This document shows, one piece after another, positions 36,839-38,638 of a stretch of DNA of 38,638 nucleotides. The notes under the pieces were generated by a model that was given only the letters and a program-made list of their open reading frames with translations, had not been told where the DNA came from and did no database searches. This stretch comes from an uncultured Clostridia bacterium (GTDB taxonomy: Bacteria; Bacillota; Clostridia; Christensenellales; UBA1242). Location: the NCBI GenBank assembly GCA_937914725.1, contig CALDMJ010000078.1, forward strand, positions 1-38,638. The letters are read 5' to 3'. Position 1 is the first letter of the stretch, and the number at the start of each line of letters is the position of its first letter. The position numbers were made by a program, and so were the translations under genes.

Positions 36839-37126
36839 CCAATCATAAGTAAAGAAATGTATTGTTTTATTGCTGTTTTCTTCATCTTTTAGTTTTGTTT
36901 TTGTATAATTCCATAAGTCTATTTTATCTAAGTCAATTTCTTGTTTCTTAATTAGTGGTATACCATATTTGCAACTGTTTTAAATTCATTTCTTACTAGT
37001 TTAAGTTTTTTTAACAACTTTTCGTTTTCATATTCTGTTTTTTCCTGTATTAAATGGTTATCTACTTAATATTTCTCTTTCATAAAAACTCCTTTCAAAT
37101 AATCATAAATTCATTCTTCACAATTT

Positions 37127-37426
37127 TCATTTATTGTTTTGAAGTTTATCAAAATATTCTTGTGATATTTCTATAGCATAAAATCTATTGTTTTTAAAAT
37201 TAGCTAATATTTCGTTTTTATTTTCTTCCCAAAATTTCTTATACTGGTTTAAACTCATTTCATTTGCACCCCCCATATAATCTGGCTGTTCGTTTTGTAT
37301 ATCATCATCCTCCCAACCACAATACGGGCAGATGTCATATGAATTTTTTATGTCCCCCATACCACACACTTTGCATTTGTATGGTGGGCAATCTATTTCG
37401 TTTTTATTTTTTTTACTATTAATCAT
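37127..37426 (-). CDS. CPCC-family cysteine-rich protein
   Basis: CPPYKCKVCG...DICPYCGWEDDDIQ...PDYMGGANEMSLNQYKKFWEE is the classic CPCC (Cys_rich_CPCC) pattern. I prefer the ATG at 37426 with AAAGGAGA just upstream. Confidence 0.75.
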   Translation of the reverse strand: MINSKKNKNEIDCPPYKCKVCGMGDIKNSYDICPYCGWEDDDIQNEQPDYMGGANEMSLNQYKKFWEENKNEILANFKNNRFYAIEISQEYFDKLQNNK

Positions 37427-37436
37427 AATTTCTCCT

Positions 37437-37769
37437 TTAATTCCAATGGTCTCCCCATTTTTCATATTGTTTATAAAAATATTTTATGCCATCTCTAGGT
37501 GGAAAATATGTCACAATCTTACCGTCCCTAGAAATGACCATAAATTCGTTTGTTTCTTTATCATATTTATATGTTGAATTATGTTTATGTTCATTTGCAA
37601 TAAAAGATATTATATTGTCATCTTCTTTCACTGCAAATTCTTTTGCTTCTTTTGAATACCCTTGAATATTATTTTCAAACCCCATTTGCTTGCCATGCCG
37701 TTTATAATGTTCAACTTCAGTATATTCACTTGTCCAATATTCAGCATAAGTACTAGGACCTTTCTCCAT
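37437..37769 (-). CDS. Hypothetical 110-aa protein resembling a stand-alone polymorphic-toxin C-terminal (RNase-like) domain
   Basis: The pattern HYKRHGKQMGF..YSKEAKEF...GKIVTYFPPRDGIKYFYKQ resembles CdiA-CT/BECR-type RNase toxin domains as I remember them. The RBS is poor and an in-frame TAA lies immediately upstream of the ATG. Confidence 0.35.
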   Translation of the reverse strand: MEKGPSTYAEYWTSEYTEVEHYKRHGKQMGFENNIQGYSKEAKEFAVKEDDNIISFIANEHKHNSTYKYDKETNEFMVISRDGKIVTYFPPRDGIKYFYKQYEKWGDHWN

Positions 37770-37947
37770 TTATTATATCATACCCCCTTTTAGAATGCAA
37801 AAGGTTGAAGACATATATATCTCTTCAACCTCTTGCCTACATTATATCACTGTATTTTACAAAGTCAATATTTTAGTACCATACTTTTTAATTTTCATTT
37901 CAAATTTTTTTTCGTTTTTAATGACAAGCAATTCAATAACAAGTTAC

Positions 37948-38394
37948 TCACTTTTTGACGGTGCTGCCGAAGCCTCCGTTGCGCGCGGCGGTCACTTCTT
38001 CTTCGTCGTCCACTTTCAAAAATGTGGTGAAGATGCCTTGCCCGATTTTGTCGCCGCGCTTGATTTCATAGGGCTCGGCGCTCAAATTCCTGAGCATAAA
38101 CCCGATGTTGCCTTCGTTGCCCGCGTTGTTGTAGTAGTCCGCGTCGATAACGCCGATTCCGTTGGCAAGCACGATGCCGCGTTTGCCCATTCCGCTGGTT
38201 GAGCAGAGAATTAGCACTTCATTTTCCTCAAAGCGTGCTTTGATGTCTGTAAAGATAAGTTTTGCGGCGTTTGGCTCAATTGTCACATCTATTGGCGAAT
38301 AAAAGTCGTAACCTGCGGACGCTTTTGTTGCGCGGTTCGGCATTTTTATTTCGCTGTCGTATTTTCTACTATTCACTATTTCAAATTTTCTCAT
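37948..38394 (-). CDS. dut: dUTP diphosphatase (trimeric dUTPase)
   Basis: 148 aa with the motifs ATKASAGYDFYSP, GVIDADYY and a C-terminal RNGGFGST. Confidence 0.9.
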   Translation of the reverse strand: MRKFEIVNSRKYDSEIKMPNRATKASAGYDFYSPIDVTIEPNAAKLIFTDIKARFEENEVLILCSTSGMGKRGIVLANGIGVIDADYYNNAGNEGNIGFMLRNLSAEPYEIKRGDKIGQGIFTTFLKVDDEEEVTAARNGGFGSTVKK

Positions 38395-38410
38395 ACTCTC
38401 CTCCGTGGGG

Positions 38411-38638
38411 ATGCGGGGATAGCCCCGCCGCTGCAGGTACTGTTCCTACGCGCAAGTTGGTTATGTGGGCGGCGAACTTGTTTGCTTTCTACAAGCACTT
38501 GTTCTCGTGTGGGGATAGCCCCGCTGGTGGCAAACGCCACTGGTACAGATACTGGCGGGGATAGCCCCGCCGCTGCAGGTTTGGTTAGTGGCACTATACT
38601 AAATTAGGTACATAGTTAAATTTCTATGTACTTTTTTT
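38411..38638 (+). repeat. Composite repeat block (plus orientation), a copy of 33621-33930 with a ~90-nt deletion
   Basis: 38415-38554 aligns without gaps to 33625-33764, with 7 mismatches in 140 nt by manual alignment. It is followed by GCGGGGATAGCCCCGCCGCTGCAGGTTTGGTTAGTGGCAC and the GTACATAG hairpin. Confidence 0.85.
38607..38638 (+). terminator. Intrinsic terminator at the end of the repeat block
   Basis: GGTACATAG-ttaaattt-CTATGTAC is followed by T7 at the window edge. Confidence 0.55.

Noticed and set aside
34291-38394. An intact prophage or PICI.
   Set aside because: There are no integrase, terminase, capsid, portal, tail or primase genes. Only regulator, nuclease and dUTPase-type remnants are present in about 4 kb.

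Overview
This 38.6 kb window looks like a low-GC, endospore-forming Firmicute (Clostridia-like) chromosome. That assignment is an inference from gene content: ytfJ/ytfI-type sporulation genes, two PBP5-type DD-carboxypeptidases and AGGAGG-type ribosome-binding sites. Housekeeping genes include class-I lysyl-tRNA synthetase with a tRNA-Lys gene directly upstream, tilS, a TrmH-family methyltransferase, yqeY, mscS, an MBL-fold hydrolase and a GT4 glycosyltransferase. They are interleaved with a large block of predicted surface proteins and lipoproteins at 13-31 kb. The block holds two GLUG-motif paralogs, an internally duplicated 762-aa lipoprotein and an 899-aa transglutaminase-like protein. The most unusual content is non-coding. 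A family of structured repeats, with a period of about 94 nt where tandem, occupies at least six intergenic loci. Its core reads GTAG followed by a hairpin, with conserved CTGCAG and GACGGCG boxes. Arrays in inverted orientation bracket two accessory loci. The first is a lone DUF4373 (phage replisome-organizer-like) gene that carries four 21-bp iterons and an adjacent pyrimidine-rich AT tract inside its coding sequence. The second is a visibly AT-rich island of about 4.1 kb. That island encodes a divergent HTH gene, three tandem 80-aa HTH paralogs, an HNH-like zinc-finger protein, a 5'-degraded DUF4417 gene, a toxin-like ORF paired with a CPCC cysteine-rich ORF, and a dUTPase. No cas genes, integrase, transposase or reverse transcriptase are visible. 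All calls rest on reading the ORF translations and manual sequence alignment. No database or HMM search was run.
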